Shown here: positions 1 to 13,300 of the stretch, piece after piece
Layout: each line of letters opens with the position of its first letter
How positions within the stretch are numbered: the stretch's first letter is position 1
Assembly: GCF_025526975.1 (NCBI RefSeq)
Contig: NW_026515668.1
Span: 1,798,001 to 1,862,000, forward strand
Direction of reading: 5' to 3'
Origin: Fimicolochytrium jonesii
Taxonomy: Eukaryota
DNA length: 64,000 nt
The notes under the pieces: model-generated
Told to the model about the DNA's origin: nothing
The model's database searches: none
What the model saw: only the letters and a program-made list of their open reading frames with translations
Position numbers and translations under genes: made by a program

Positions 1-2597
1 GCACGAGACGAACCCAGAGCTCGGAGGGCGTCGCTCCGGACAAGCCCGTGCTGGCCGAGCCATTTCTCGTCCTGAGCGACTTCGAGCAGGAATTTGACGT
101 CGTCGGGGTTGCGTTGGCGGGCTAGACTTTCCAGCGCTCTGCCGGTGGCACCGTACCCGCGTTCTGACATCGTTTTCTTGTTCAGGAATTCCAGCAACGC
201 TGACCGGATGCCTTCGTCCGCTTCTGTAAAGTTGGCAGCATCCCTCAGTGCGAATTGATGGGTCTCGGCTTTGAAGATTGCAACCTGCACATCGATGGCA
301 CGTTGGGTGTTGCACTTTCTCAAGGCTGCGGCGACGGTTGCTCGGACCCTGTAGAATTTCTCCTGCAGGATGTTCTCCTTCACCTGTCAATGGCGTGAGT
401 TACATGGTCTGCAAATCGCGTAAGTTCCTCTTTGCGGAAACGCGTCACCTTTTTCAGAGCACTTAGGGTGCCAATCTCGATTAATTGCTGATAAGCCCAA
501 ATTCGGCTGCGAACGTCCGAGACAGATTTGGCGGTCTCTGAAAGAACCTCTTCTCCGGGGTTCAAGTCCAAACTGAAGATGGTCCTGTAGTCGGGATCAA
601 CGGACAGCGACACGGGTTTGCCCGACACGGGAATGGCCACGATGGCCTTGGTGTTTTTGGTTCTGCTGTCAAAAACAACGTCTGCCGAGTGCGTCTTGCC
701 GTTGGCGTCAGTGACGGTAACCGGTATCACAATGTCGAAAAGCGGAATCTTTTTGGCCGCATCGACCTGTGTTTGCTCTAAGGTCAATACTACGAGGTTC
801 TTTTCCAACTCATAGGAGTAGGTACCCTTCAACTTCGGGTATCTATGGAGGCGTCAGGAGCTTGAACACCTACAAGCGCATGTAGGGGAGAGGGGTACTT
901 ACCCGGGACTGTACAACCAGTCGTCAAAGAACTTGACGAGTGCTACGCCAGAAGCCTTTTCGAGGCATTTACGGAAATCTGCATCTCCAAGGATTAGAAC
1001 GAGAGCGCTGGGAATGACGGGACGGGATACGCAAGCATTACCATCCGTTTCCACCACGCTTCTTTGATACGTCTTGATATAGTCTGGGATACTCGATGAG
1101 TCTTTGCCGCCAAGCCTGTACTCCGACCCATATCACGGATACATACCTTGAACACCAGCCCAGAAAGCCCCATCGCCGAGAAGCTTCCTCAGCATGTGAA
1201 GACGCCAAGCTCCTCCCGGGTACGTGTGCGAATCAAAGACGTGCCAGCTGGAGTCAAAGATTCGTGTGACGATAGGGCGCTGGTATTGTTTGCTTTCGGC
1301 AAAGTAGCGGTCTTGCATGACCACCATCGCAGCCTCAAACTCTTCCTTGCTCACTTTGTCCTCCAGCCACAAAGCCTCGGTGTATTTGGCCCAGCCCTCC
1401 TTCAACCAGACATGTTCGAAGTGGCGGATGACGAGGAGGTCTCCGAAGTATGAGTGGGCCATCTCGTGTACATCCACTCGCTGATAGTCCAGCAGGAGCT
1501 CCTTTGCCCTAATCTCGTCCATGAGGATGACAGCGTTCCAGCTGACAAGCGAGATGTTTTCCATGGCGCCGCCGATGGAGTAGGAGCATACTTGGTAGTA
1601 TTTCGGGAAGGGGAAGTCCTGTTCAATGGAATGGAAGTGCTCAGACAGTTTCTTTTGGTATTCCGTGACCGACGAGCCGGCTCTCCCTTACCACTCCGAA
1701 CTTCTGAGGCAGATAGGCCAACATGTTCTTCGTTTGGCCAAACAGTCGCTTCAAGTCTTCATGTGGAGTCCCTTTCGGGGCGAAGAACTTAACGGGAACG
1801 CCGTTCGGCGATTGACCGGCGTCAACGCTTTCCAAGAATCCCACGGCAAGACATATCAAGTACGACGGACAAGGGAGGTCCAGATGCCATTTCGAGGTAA
1901 TGCTTCCGTCATCATTCTTGGTTTCACCTTGCGAGACCCCGTTTGCGACTGCGGTCATGCCTTCCTCGTGGCGAAGTGCGAAAGATAACGTAGCTCTAAC
2001 GGCCGGGAAATCCACACACGCTAGCCAGTGCCGACAGCGTTCGGGCTCGTGGTCAGTGATGGCATGTAGAACCCGATTTGGGTATTCCTTTCTGGGAACC
2101 TCAAAGTACAGACCGCTGACCTGGTGGGCGCGAGTTAGCATGCGGAGGATGTACACCTTATCTCCGGACTTCTGTTGCTCAGAGCGGTCGGCACATACCG
2201 GATCGTCCACGGTGTACGTGAGCTGAACGTTCCTCTCCTCGTTGCCCGAGAAAGGTTTGTCCCACAACAAGGAGATCTCTCTACCGTCGTAGACCCATGT
2301 CGTAAGCCCTTCGCCTTTGACATCCAAATCAATGAAGCCCACTCCATTCAGCTTCACAAAGCTCAACGCTTTCGACTTGAGACTGTCGTTCTTCGCATGG
2401 TTGTTGACGAAGGTATGACTGATCGTTGCTTTGACTCGCTTGTTACGGATCTCTGCGAAGTCCAGACCGATATCAATGTGCTTCGACACAATGACGGTAT
2501 CGGGAGCATAGGAAGGCAGGACTCCAGGTTGGGCAAAGTCGCCGCCAGCGCCTCCGCGATGACCTTGGCAAGAATGCGCAATTTCGTCGTGCGGCAT
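1..2597 (-). CDS. M1-family zinc aminopeptidase (PepN-like), multi-exon, runs off the left edge of the window
   Basis: GGAMEN exopeptidase motif (~1560-1575), HEMAH-x18-E zinc motif (VHEMAHSYFGD...WLKEGWA) and the Tyr segment HTYPGGAWRLHMLR. ORFs 1641-2597, 1133-1564 and 380-832 are joined by short GT-AG introns. Confidence 0.93.
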
Positions 2598-4785
2598 CTT
2601 AGAACGATCAGCTGAGTATTGTGTTGAACCGCTGCAAAATGGTAACGGAAAGGGACAAGATGGGGCGGAAGTGGGCAGCAGCTTTTATGTGTTCTCCGAT
2701 GTCCAAAAGTCCATGACACACCACGCCCGTTATTATGTACTGTACTGTACATACTTAAGACTAGACTTCTAATAGGACTTCGTCTCACCTACGGGTTCCC
2801 GTTCGTCTCTAAGCTATCTCTGCCGACTACCGCTAACAGGTTATGAGCCCTGGCTTCGCCCACTATCCGCGTACGAATGTAGAATAGAGAAGTTTGGTTA
2901 TTATTCACCGGTTCCTTCGGAAAGCACAATGCCACCGAAAGTTCCAACCGTTCATACCCGAAAGGACCGCTCCGCTGCATTAGCAGCTGGCAAACCTTCC
3001 GCCCCGAACACGCGCTCCCGAGGAGGAGCACTCCTGGGAGAGCTACCGCCCGCTACCAGAGCAGGAAGAAAGTCTGGAGTTCAGAACGTTGTTAGGAAGT
3101 TCGAAAATCGATGAAAATATTTAGATGTAATGCGAACTTCGTTACGGCCTGTTAGGGTGAAGGTGAGATGCGGAGTAGCAAATGTGACATGGCTGTCATC
3201 GACGCGGAGCGCAAGGCAAACGAGTAGATCTTGAAGGTCTCTTGCAAATGGTAGCAAAGGCTAATGGGGCAAAGCGACGGATGGCGAGTGGAAGATGATA
3301 AGCGTACTGGGGACTGTGGTGGCGACGCTTGCCCTCATCTATGATAGTCATCTCGGTAGGCCGTTTAAGCTCCCGTTCAAGAACTCGAACAGGGGTCTCG
3401 AATTGACTGACCCCTCGGATATCATTCGCTATGGAGTACCTGTGACAAAAAGCTATGCCTTTTCCCTGGAGCTTCCTTGGCAGGTCTACGGGAGGGTGAT
3501 CGACGGCGTCCACCTCGACGCACGCTGATCAAAATCAGCATAAGGAAGAACAGATATGACGCTGGCGGGGACGCCGGCGGGGAGTGAGTGGTGTACGCTA
3601 AAGATCTCCTTAAGGAGCCGGGGAATCACCTCGCCGAGGCGCTTCTTGGGATCTACGAATGGACGTCTCGCGACGACGCCAAGCGCATTGAGCGTCACTT
3701 CTCGGACTTGACCTCCAAGGCCCTGCACTTGGACCAGATGCGGAGGTTGGAGCCGCGGGCTCATCGTACCTTTGTGCTCTCACTCCTTGAAGGTGTTACT
3801 GACTCGAAACGTAAGGCTCGACGACTGTTCCAAGCCTTCGAGAAGACGCAGGTCTTAGATCCCTATCTGATCAAGAACGATGCAGTGGTGAAGCGACGGC
3901 TGAGAACAGTTAAGAAGGGACAAGACGACAGGTTGATGGTCCTTGCTCGCATGCGTAATATTCTCCTTCACAACAAAAACCTGACGGGGAAACAGAAGGC
4001 GCGGATGATCCTCCATAACATTGAAGTTTTGTGCGCCTGAAAGACATCGACAAACTCGACGACGAGCTCCGCGTCCACGCCTTCGATCACCTGGACCCGC
4101 CGTTTGCTCAGTTGAAGGCGTGGAAGATGGTGTTGAGGAGCCTCATCTGCTCCTACGGGCGGTGCCCGGGGTCTGAGGGGCGGTCCAGGCCGCTGTGGAT
4201 AGACTTGTCGTGCGGCAGGACTTCTTTTTCCAAGTTGATGGAGTCCAGGATGCCAGTCTACCACTGCATATGGGTAGGTCACGTGACTTGAGAATTTATT
4301 TACTGGAGGCTCAGTAAACATCCAATAAAAATGTCGCGCTGGTGACCTGATGAACCCATCTCGGACGAGGTGATTGAAGGACCCGTCCACTGCGCCTCCT
4401 TCAATTGCACCGGTGCGCATAGGCCGAGTGCCGAACTCGGGAGGCCCCCGCTCTGCCAATGCGAGGCCATAGCGCAGAGGACCGACTGGTCGCCAAAGTC
4501 ATTGAACTGCACACGCGCACCAGTCTCACTACCGAGGTCGGTCTGGCTGCTCGGGCAGACGCGGACTCTTTGGAGGCGCACTACGTGGAGAGGGTGGCGC
4601 GGTTCAACGACGGTTTGAGGTTGTACACACCGAACCTGCACGTCGGCTACAGCGGGAGTATGCGATCGGAATGAACGACAAAAACGACAAAAAGGAGATG
4701 GTGATGGCGAACGACTTGGGGGAGGTGGAGCACGCGCCCGACTTCGTGGAGGACTTGGAGAATCACTTCACAATCGACACCTTGT

Positions 4786-4885
4786 CCGTGTGTAAGGGAA
4801 CCGACCCTCACGTCCCCAAATCTTAAAGGTGGTGGTGGTGGGGGTCAAGATTTGGGGACGTGAGGGTCGGTTCCCTTACACACGG
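4786..4885. repeat. Perfect 39-bp inverted repeat with 22-nt loop
   Basis: 4786-4824 CCGTGTGTAAGGGAACCGACCCTCACGTCCCCAAATCTT is the exact reverse complement of 4847-4885. The loop is AAAGGTGGTGGTGGTGGGGGTC. Confidence 0.97.
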
Positions 4886-4962
4886 TACGAGCTCCGCGTT
4901 CACGCATTAAACACACCGCATGTATTCTTATTTTCTCTCCCTGCATCACTATAGGCAACCGC

Positions 4963-7096
4963 ATGTCAGACAACGATCAAGATATCGACGGCTTGAGCGA
5001 AAAGTTTGCGTCCCTCAGAACCCAAGTTTTTCAATTGAAGGAATTACCTCAACTTCTGCAACATGAACCCACTATCCCCTCATTTTTGATACCCGAGGCT
5101 ATTGGGCAGTCTATGGAACTCAACGGCAGGAAGGATGCTTTACAATGCATAGTCGGAGGGTTCGCAGATCAGTACGCAGAAACAGCAATCCCACGGAACA
5201 GAGAGGGGCATCCGATCTACGTCGTCGCCAGCGCCCCCGGCATGGGAAAAACTCGCCTCCTCACTGAACTTCCTCGAGCGATCAATGACGGCTACTCGGA
5301 CGTACATCCCGCTGTGTACATCGTCTCTTACAACAATGGTCAAACACCGACAAAGTACGATGTTGAATTTCCAATCCCATGTCTGGTGCTGCGACTTCTC
5401 TATTTCAATTATCCCGATATCTATCGCAAGTTTGAGTCATTCTCCCATTTTGCGCAGTCAATATTCGACAATTGGGAGGAACAACGCATCCGAAAACTCG
5501 ACCTCGGTTTCTTCATCGTACGGCGGCCCGACCCGTTCTCATTGCCATAGATGAATTCAACTATCTCATCGAGCCGAACAGCACACAGAATCTACTCAGA
5601 CCGATTTTTTTGGCATTGAGCAGTGCATGCCTAGCGGCCCCCAAACACAAACCTTTCTTTGTTGTGTTCGCAGGCACAACACTACAACAGCTAAGTGGGC
5701 TGTTCCGACTTTCGTCTCATCCCCATAAAGTGGTCCCTTTGCCTTTGTTCACACACGCGCACATACACGCCATCGTCTCAAAGCAAACTTGGCTGCAGCG
5801 CTGGGAAACCAAGGCAGCGTTTTGTCGCTGCTTGCATGCTTTCGGACAGATACCGCGGCTCTTGGAAATATATTTGACATTGTGTCAGAAGAAACGTGGT
5901 CCCTCTGGGGATTTACCGATGAAGTCAATTGCATCCTCAATTCACGCCGAAGCAACACAGCGCTACGGATGCAGAAATCCGCACTTGAAAGCTAAGCTTA
6001 TCTGGGCTGATTTTCTGCGGCTGCTTGTGACACGTGATACGGAAGTGGTCCCAGGAACGACTTATGGCGACCTGGAAAATCGGGGCGAAGCAATCTTGGT
6101 TCAGTGTCCCGGTTTGGAAACGCAAGACTGCTGTGTGGAAATACCATACATCATTTTACGAACGTACCTCGATAACCCGGCACAACTAGCTCAACATGGC
6201 ATGCCCGAAAGTTTGCTGCAGATGTTACGCAAGATTTTCAATCTTGATGACAACGAGGATCTGTTGGAAAGCTTGTCGTTTAAAGACTTCGAGACGTTCA
6301 GTGCGTTATATGAGGCCTGCCGAAGTCACTTACTGTTCCTCCACCATACTCAGACATTGCTCCAAAAACCACCCCGAGTTTCGTTGGGCCAACTTCTCAA
6401 AGGGGGTGAATTTGCCGCAAACATTGATACTGAGGAGAGGGTTGTGCTGGCACCATTGACTGTGGTGCGCAGAAAGGAAAGGTTTTCTGGAGATGTTGCT
6501 GGTACGGTTGGCAATCATGTTGTACGGGGGATGGTAGCGTTGTGTACTCCTATTCTATCCGCCGCACGATGGACGAGGACGGTTTCGAGATGCACCATTT
6601 GATTTGCGCGGGCCAAATGAAAGCGTACCAATCGGAAGTTATTACAAAAGACTTAATAAAGGCCGAGGTTGAGAAGGTTGCTGAGGCGTTTGGCGACAAC
6701 CCTTACATATTATGTATCGTTTCGCCACGAGGATCGCCGTTCTCTTCTTCAGAAATACCCGAGAACTGCATCATGCTTTGCGGAGAAGCATTGATAGCCC
6801 ACTACCATGTCTTTGCTGATTACCTTCGACTGGCGATTGACGGCGCAAAAATCAACATCAACACCGCCGGGGAGGCTGACTTGCGAGTCTCATTATATCG
6901 CATTGGACAAAAACGATGCGAAGATATCCAAGCTGCAGTGCAGGTCAGACCGTTCACCGACTGGAAGGACCTTACTAGCAGGGTGAAGAACATACCAAAG
7001 ACGAATGAGTCTAGGATCATGTATAATCAATTTGTTGCTCGTTGGATACGCCACGACACGGCGGGCCGATACATTTTTCGTCTTGTATCTTTCTAA
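4963..7096 (+). pseudogene. Crinkler (CR)-type P-loop NTPase + restriction-endonuclease-like + helix-hairpin-helix protein, split over three frames
   Basis: Walker A SAPGMGKT, Walker B LIAIDE, QxK nuclease-like motif (ICAGQMKAY) and C-terminal ComEA/HhH-like KININTAGEADL...IGQKR...RPFTDWKDL. Frame changes near 5520 and 6540 (frameshifts or unresolved introns). Confidence 0.7.
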
Positions 7097-8095
7097 TATA
7101 CTTTGCTTGGGGATAATGTCGTCGGTCATTAAATATGGACATGATGGAAGGGCTGTGAAATCACCATCTCGCCAGAGAGATGCTCAAAAAAGCCGCCCTT
7201 CCTATCTCTCTGGACCAGGCTTCGCTTCTCCGGTACGACCATTGCATCTTCAAGGACTTGCAGGAGAAGTGTTCTGTCATCACGAAGCGGCGGCTCTTGA
7301 CATTAGAGAAAGCCCATGCAAAGTTGCAGCCGGTCACGAGAAGGCATTGGGGAAGGTTATGAAGATGGTCCGATTGAAAGATTGACGAAAGACGACGAAT
7401 TGTATTCCTCCGAAAAGTTCCCTGCAAAGCAGGGTGGTGTAAAACATTTCAAAATGCCAAAATGTAATCTCAGCAGCAGATCACATGATCCTTGCACTAG
7501 TGACGACGCGTCGTCGCGAGTTTGGAGTGTTTGGCTAGTTTCGCATACGATTTGGGTGTCCGAACTAGCTTAGGCTTCAACCTCCTACACACACATTGAT
7601 TCTCGTCACAGGCCCAATTCAATGAACCCCAAGTACTTCCGAACAGCAGGGGGTCTTGGGGCCCCTACAGTCTCCTTCCAAAGGGGTTGTTTTCATTCCT
7701 GAGATCAGGGCAGCCAGAGAGCACGATGAGGCTAGGTGCAGGTTAAATATACCGGAACCTCGTTCACTTTTCAAGTCATCCCATTTACATTCCCTGTTGC
7801 AGATTTTACAATCCAAGCAGTCTGTTAGAAGCTCTGGGAGTCCCAAAGCTTCAGTTCCGACCCAACCCGATGCGACCCACGATGTTCCTGAAAGCAATGT
7901 GCCCTGGGGAGACACAGAGCACATTGAAAACCTTATGTTCGGCCGATGGAATCAAGGAGGTCCTTATAATGCATGGGAAAGCTAGCGTTCGCTCCATTTT
8001 AGCTCAGGGTCGTGTCAGTACTGCACTTCTTTGCCTTCTGAGTTCAATCGGTGAATCAGCTGAAGGTAGAGAGGATGACCCACCCAATGACATGG

Positions 8096-8159
8096 AGAGT
8101 GGTTTGGACATCATCGGGAGTGGTTTGGAGAACACTGGGAGTGGTTCGGAGAACATTGG
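8096..8159 (+). repeat. 21-bp tandem repeat x3 (approx. GAGTGGTTTGGAGAACACTGG)
   Basis: Read directly. A second heptad-coding 21-bp repeat follows at ~8270-8345 (HTKLQSE/HTKLGKD/LSKLQTT/YTKLQVE). Confidence 0.75.
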
Positions 8160-8347
8160 GACAGCTGGACATGCTTCTGGAGGTATGCACTAGATCTCAA
8201 TGAGTCCAAGGACACCTGGAAACTGAATGGGATCTTCTTGCAGGCTTCCTTGCCCACCTCGTCACGAGGCACACCAAACTCCAATCTGAACATACCAAAC
8301 TTGGAAAGGATCTCAGCAAACTGCAAACAACTTACACCAAACTGCAG

Positions 8348-9220
8348 GTGGAATATTCGGAGGCAAAGCAGAGAGTTGAATGCCTGGTCGACGAGAACAG
8401 GGCCATGCAAGGAGATCTTCTGCACACTGGTCTCATGGGTTTCCGAGGTCGGAATGGGAATCTCACCCACGATCAGTTGCTGGCAAAAGTAGCACTGCTT
8501 GCCAGGCAAGTTGAGGCCAATGACAAGAAAGGTGCCTTCATCTTTGAAAACAAGCACAAACATGTGTATCGAGCAGCAAAGCTCTACACTGAGTACTACA
8601 AGCTCACCGAACTTGAGGATATGGAGGTGAGTGACATTGCTGTGATGGCAATGCGGGCTATAGTTTCAGGATGCCTGAGGCCCACTCACTGGCTCTGGGA
8701 ATTCATCGCGAGTCAGGTATGTGTGCGTCGTGCTCGCCCATTTGCCCCTTTTATTTTGCTTACCAATCTTGCCATTGTCACAATCGCCACCACCGACACC
8801 TACCACGCTATCCGAAACAGTTACAGTTCTTTACGGTCAAGGACTACCGTGGGCGGGGCTGCAGCATCTTCTCTTCTCGTGTTACTGAGTTCTGGTTTGA
8901 ATTTGAGACCCGCTTTGGGGGTCGGGCTTGCAAGTTTCTTGTCGGCAAAGGATGGGCAGGAGTTGGGCGCAGTGGGCCTCGGAAGCCATGCAAATGGGAT
9001 GATAACCTGGTTCTACCATCGCAGCGTGCTCAGCAGACGCTTCGAGCGGATGCGGGTGTGCAGCTCGTTGGATTGGATTCGAACCGCATACACGCGATTT
9101 GTGCACAACACGTTCGGCTGCAGGAAAGTCTCGGATTGCGCAACCTTGCTGGCGGCATTGGGTTTGATGAAACTGATTACGGAATCTCGACCGTTCAACG
9201 TGGAAGCAAAGGACAGCTGA
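8348..9220 (+). CDS. Hypothetical coiled-coil protein, probably a fragment of a degraded or spliced gene spanning ~7400-9695
   Basis: 290-aa ORF preceded by heptad repeats; no recognisable domain. Confidence 0.25.
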   Translation: MEYSEAKQRVECLVDENRAMQGDLLHTGLMGFRGRNGNLTHDQLLAKVALLARQVEANDKKGAFIFENKHKHVYRAAKLYTEYYKLTELEDMEVSDIAVMAMRAIVSGCLRPTHWLWEFIASQVCVRRARPFAPFILLTNLAIVTIATTDTYHAIRNSYSSLRSRTTVGGAAASSLLVLLSSGLNLRPALGVGLASFLSAKDGQELGAVGLGSHANGMITWFYHRSVLSRRFERMRVCSSLDWIRTAYTRFVHNTFGCRKVSDCATLLAALGLMKLITESRPFNVEAKDS

Positions 9221-9774
9221 CGGGGACTGTCGACCTTGGCCCTGGACTGACTGAGAGCATTCTGGGACTGTCGGATGTTTCAACGGTATTGTCTCTGTGC
9301 ACATTTCAACTCAAGTTGGCGCACCCTGATTTCTGTACCAACAGGTTGAACAAGCCCTCAACGCATTCGAGTTGAGCACACAGTTGTGCATGGCACAAAT
9401 GAACAACGCACGGAACTTTGAATACACATGGGGCGACCCACGTTTGACGGTTCAATTTACCCACTGGCTGGCGGAATGTGAAAGCAATCTCGTCGCCCTC
9501 CCAGCGCAGCTAACTGTGTATGCAGTCGGGGCGGAGAAACAAGTAACCACGAAACGGCGCGAGATCGAGACTTGTGCGATTGCTTTTAAAGCAGGGACAG
9601 TGCTCACTGCACCTTCCAGTCAGCGCCCGGCAGCTGTGTTAGCGGCGTACAAAAGTGATGCGGTGAAAACAAACAATCTTCGCATCGCCGTGTAAAAAAT
9701 TCTTACCGAATGCGCAAATTGGCAGTTGCAGCTGGCGCAACCCCCCGACCTTACCAACAACCCCCTCGACCTTC

Positions 9775-10304
9775 TGTTATGAATGGGCGGAGCCGATGGA
9801 AATAGAGGTGACTTGTGGTGCAGGTTGTTGACAGGTAATGGTATTCAGACCGAAACAAGAACTAGAACAAGACTAGGAAGAACTGGTGTTGATCTGCTGG
9901 GGGATCAGGAAGTGGGGAGCTCAGGGGAGGCGGCTATTTATGTTTTTCTGGGAAGGCTGGGGAAGCGTGGGGAAGCAGAAGGGTACGGAATGAGAGGGAA
10001 GCCAAGAGAAGCGCCAAGGGTGGGGAAGCATAGAAACAGAAGACTGGGGATGGGGTGGCTACGCTGAGGCTGTGGGCGGGTACGTGGGGAAGTATGGAGA
10101 AGGGTTTGTAAGCGCCGAGTGTTGGGAGGTGTGGCTACGTGCGGCTGCGTGGAGAAATGAAGGCAGTGGCAGGTGTGGGGTAGCGCGGCTGCGTGCGGCT
10201 GCGAGGTTTGGCAGATGTCAGGTTTTGACAGGGAATTGACATTGACTGACTGTTGGGATGCTGTCATGAGGTAAGCGCATGGTATGGACGCGTCGTCCAT
10301 AACA
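9775..10304 (-). repeat. 3' LTR of copy A
   Basis: TG...CA ends with 7-bp terminal inverted repeat; five copies of this LTR occur in the window. Confidence 0.97.
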
Positions 10305-10316
10305 TCACCCCCTCCT

Positions 10317-13300
10317 TTAGCCACGGCGTCCGGATGTTGTTTTGATGTTGGCAGGCTTTGATCGGGGTTTGTCGGGGTACTTTTGGTGGAACTGGGCAAC
10401 AAGCTCTTGACAGCGGGCAAGGTGTTCCACTGGCTCCCATGTGTTCTCCGAGCTTGGCCAACCCTGCCACTTGATGAGGTACTGAAGGTGCGTGCGTCGA
10501 ATACGGGAGTCAAGAATGTCTTCCACAATCCATTCCTCCTGTCCTTCGACTTCTTCTGGTGGGGTGGGTTCTGGCTCAGTTCGCTCCGGAATGGTGAAAC
10601 GTGGTTCAAGAAGGGAGACATGGAAGACGTTGTGAATTTTGTAGGATGGGGGAAGCTTGAGGCGATATGTGACCGAGTTGATCTTCTCCGTGATTGTGAA
10701 GGGGCCAATCTTACGGTGATCAAGTTTCTGGGAAGGTCGGAGAGTCTTGAGATTCCGCTGTAAGAGCCAGACACTGTCCCTGGGTTTCATGTCTGGGCCA
10801 GGTGCCCTCTTAGCATCGGCAAAGCGCTTCATGCGTCCTTGGGCCTCCTTGAGCTCAGTGGCAAGCTGTTCATGGATTTCCTTGAGATGGTTGGCACGAG
10901 CTTCGGCTGCAGGATTAAGGGATTCGGTTGTGGTGGCGGAAGCCAGACTGAATCGAGGATGGAACCCATAGTTGGCGTAGAAGGGGGTTGTCTGGGTGGC
11001 GGAGTGGATGGTGTTATTGTAAGAGAACTCAGCAGAAGACAAGAGTTCCTTCCAGTTATCTTGTTGATAGTTGCAAAAGCAGCGAAGGTATTGCTCAAGA
11101 ATCTGATTGGTCCGCTCGGTTTGTCCATCGCTCTGGGGATGGAACGCCGATGAGAGGTTGACCTTGGTTCCCAGGAGAGCGAAGAGACGTTTCCAGAAGT
11201 GGGAGTTGAACTGTGGGCCACGGTCAGATACAATATCGTCGGGGAGTCCATGGAGCCGGATGACATGGTGCCAGATCAGATCTGCAGTTGACTCAGCGGT
11301 GGCAGTTTTCCTGCACGGTACAAAGTGCGCCATCTTGGTGAACCGGCAGATGACAACGAGCACAGAATCAACCCCATCACTGGCGGGTAGATCCGTGATG
11401 AAGTCCATGGAAATTGACCCCCAGGGGCGGTCAGGGACCTGCAGGGGTTGGAGGAGACCGTAGGGCTTGTGTCTGCTGGTCTTGGCTTGAGCACATACGT
11501 CGCAGGACCTGATGTAGGACTTGACAAAACGCCACTGGCTAGGCCACCAGTAGTTGCGTGAGATGAGCTCCAGGGTCTTTGACATGCCGTAGTGTCCTGC
11601 CAAACGCGTGTCATGCATGTCCCGGCAGATCTCAGCACGGAGCTTGTTGGTGGGGACGTAGACAAGGTTGTCGTACAGCAGAACCCCATTTTCCTCGGAG
11701 AATCGCTTTATCCGTTCTTGGTCTTCTTGAGATTGCTGGGCAATGGGGGCCCTAAGCTGTCGCCGGATGGTTTGCGCAAACACATCGGATGCCAGGGCAG
11801 CTTTGATTTGGTCAAGGAGCGAGGAGTCCAGTGGGGTCAGATAAGTGGCGGCCAGGCGGAGGTGGTCAGGGGTGAGGATCGTGGTTTCCTGGGAGCGGAA
11901 TGCTTCTTCCCCCTCCCTTAGCTCGTATTCAGAGCGACGAGAGAGGGCGTCAGCTTGGTGTTGCTGGGTACCAGGGCGGTATGTGATGACAAAGTCGAAA
12001 TCAGCAAAGAAGATTGACCAGCGGGATTGGCGGCGGTTGAGGGTACGGGTAGTCATGAAGTACTGGAGGTTCTTGTGGTCACAGTAAACGATGACCTTGT
12101 GGCGGGCACCAATGAGGTGGTGTCGCCATTGAGCAAATGAGTCTTGGATAGCCAGGAGTTCCTTGTCGTAGATCTCATAGTTGATTTCCTCAGGAGTAAA
12201 TTTGCGGGAGTGAAAGGCCACGGGGTGGAGTTGATCTGTGTTGTCGGGTTGAAGGAGGACGGCGCCAAGGGCAAAGTCGGAGGCATCGGATTCGACAATG
12301 AAGGGCTTGTCAGGGTCGGGGTGAGTCAGGATAGGTGCGGAGGTGAAGGCTTTCTTGAGGGTTTCAAAAGCTAGGTGTGCAGCGTGGGTCCATTTGAATG
12401 GCAAGTCTTTGCGAGTGAGCGTGGTCAGGGGTGCAACAATCGCAGAGTACCCTTTGATGAATTGCCGGTAGAAGTTGGCAAAACCAAGGAAGCGCTGGAT
12501 GCCTTTGACATTCGTCGGGGATTCCCATTCGGTAATGGCAGCCGTCTTCTTTGGGTCCATGGAAATGCCTTGCTGGGAGATGATAAACCCCAGGAACTCA
12601 ACAGAGTCACGGTTGAATTCGCATTTTTCCGGTTTCGCATACAGCCCGTGCTGGCGGAGTCAGTGAGAGCACCTCTCGGACGTGGTTGGGGTGGTCTTCT
12701 GGGTTTTTTGAGAAGATCAGAATGTCGTCAAGGTAGACCACAACAAAAACGTCGAGAATGTCACGGAATATGTCGTTCATGAGGTGTTGGAATACTCCAG
12801 GGGCATTGGTGAGCCCAAACGGCATGACATTATACTCGAATAGGCCGTAGCGACATCGGAACGCTGTCTTCCATTCATCCCCTGGCCGGATCCGAAGAAG
12901 GTTGTAGGCTCCCCGGAGGTCAATCTTGGTGAGCCTGGCGTGCCCCTCGAAGACGATCCATGATGCTGTTAATCAAGGGCAAGGGATAGCGATTCTTGAT
13001 GGTGATATTGTTGAGTCCACGATAGTCGACGCACAGACGGAGGGAACCGTCCTTTTTCTTGACAAAGAGGGACTGGGGCACCGGCGGGAGACTTGGAGTG
13101 CTTGATGAACCCCTTAGCTAGGTTCTCTTCAAGGTAGTCACAGAGTGCCTGCATTTCAGGCTCGCTGAGACTATAGATCGGGCCGAACGGTGGCTGTTTG
13201 CCCTCTTCTAAGTCGATGGGACAGTCGTAGGGTCGGTGCTCTGGGAGGGTATCCGCGTTCTTCTTGGCGAAGACGTCCGCAAAATCTTGGTATTCTTCAG

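Noticed and set aside
9738..9774. Duplicated CAACCCCC(C/T)CGACCTT beside the first LTR
   Set aside because: Two short copies with no partner elsewhere in the window, and not a TSD of copy A.
9783..10774. ORFs inside or overlapping LTRs (MGGADGNRG..., 278 aa and their copies)
   Set aside because: They recur only because the LTR is repeated, are altered by LTR indels and show no domain.
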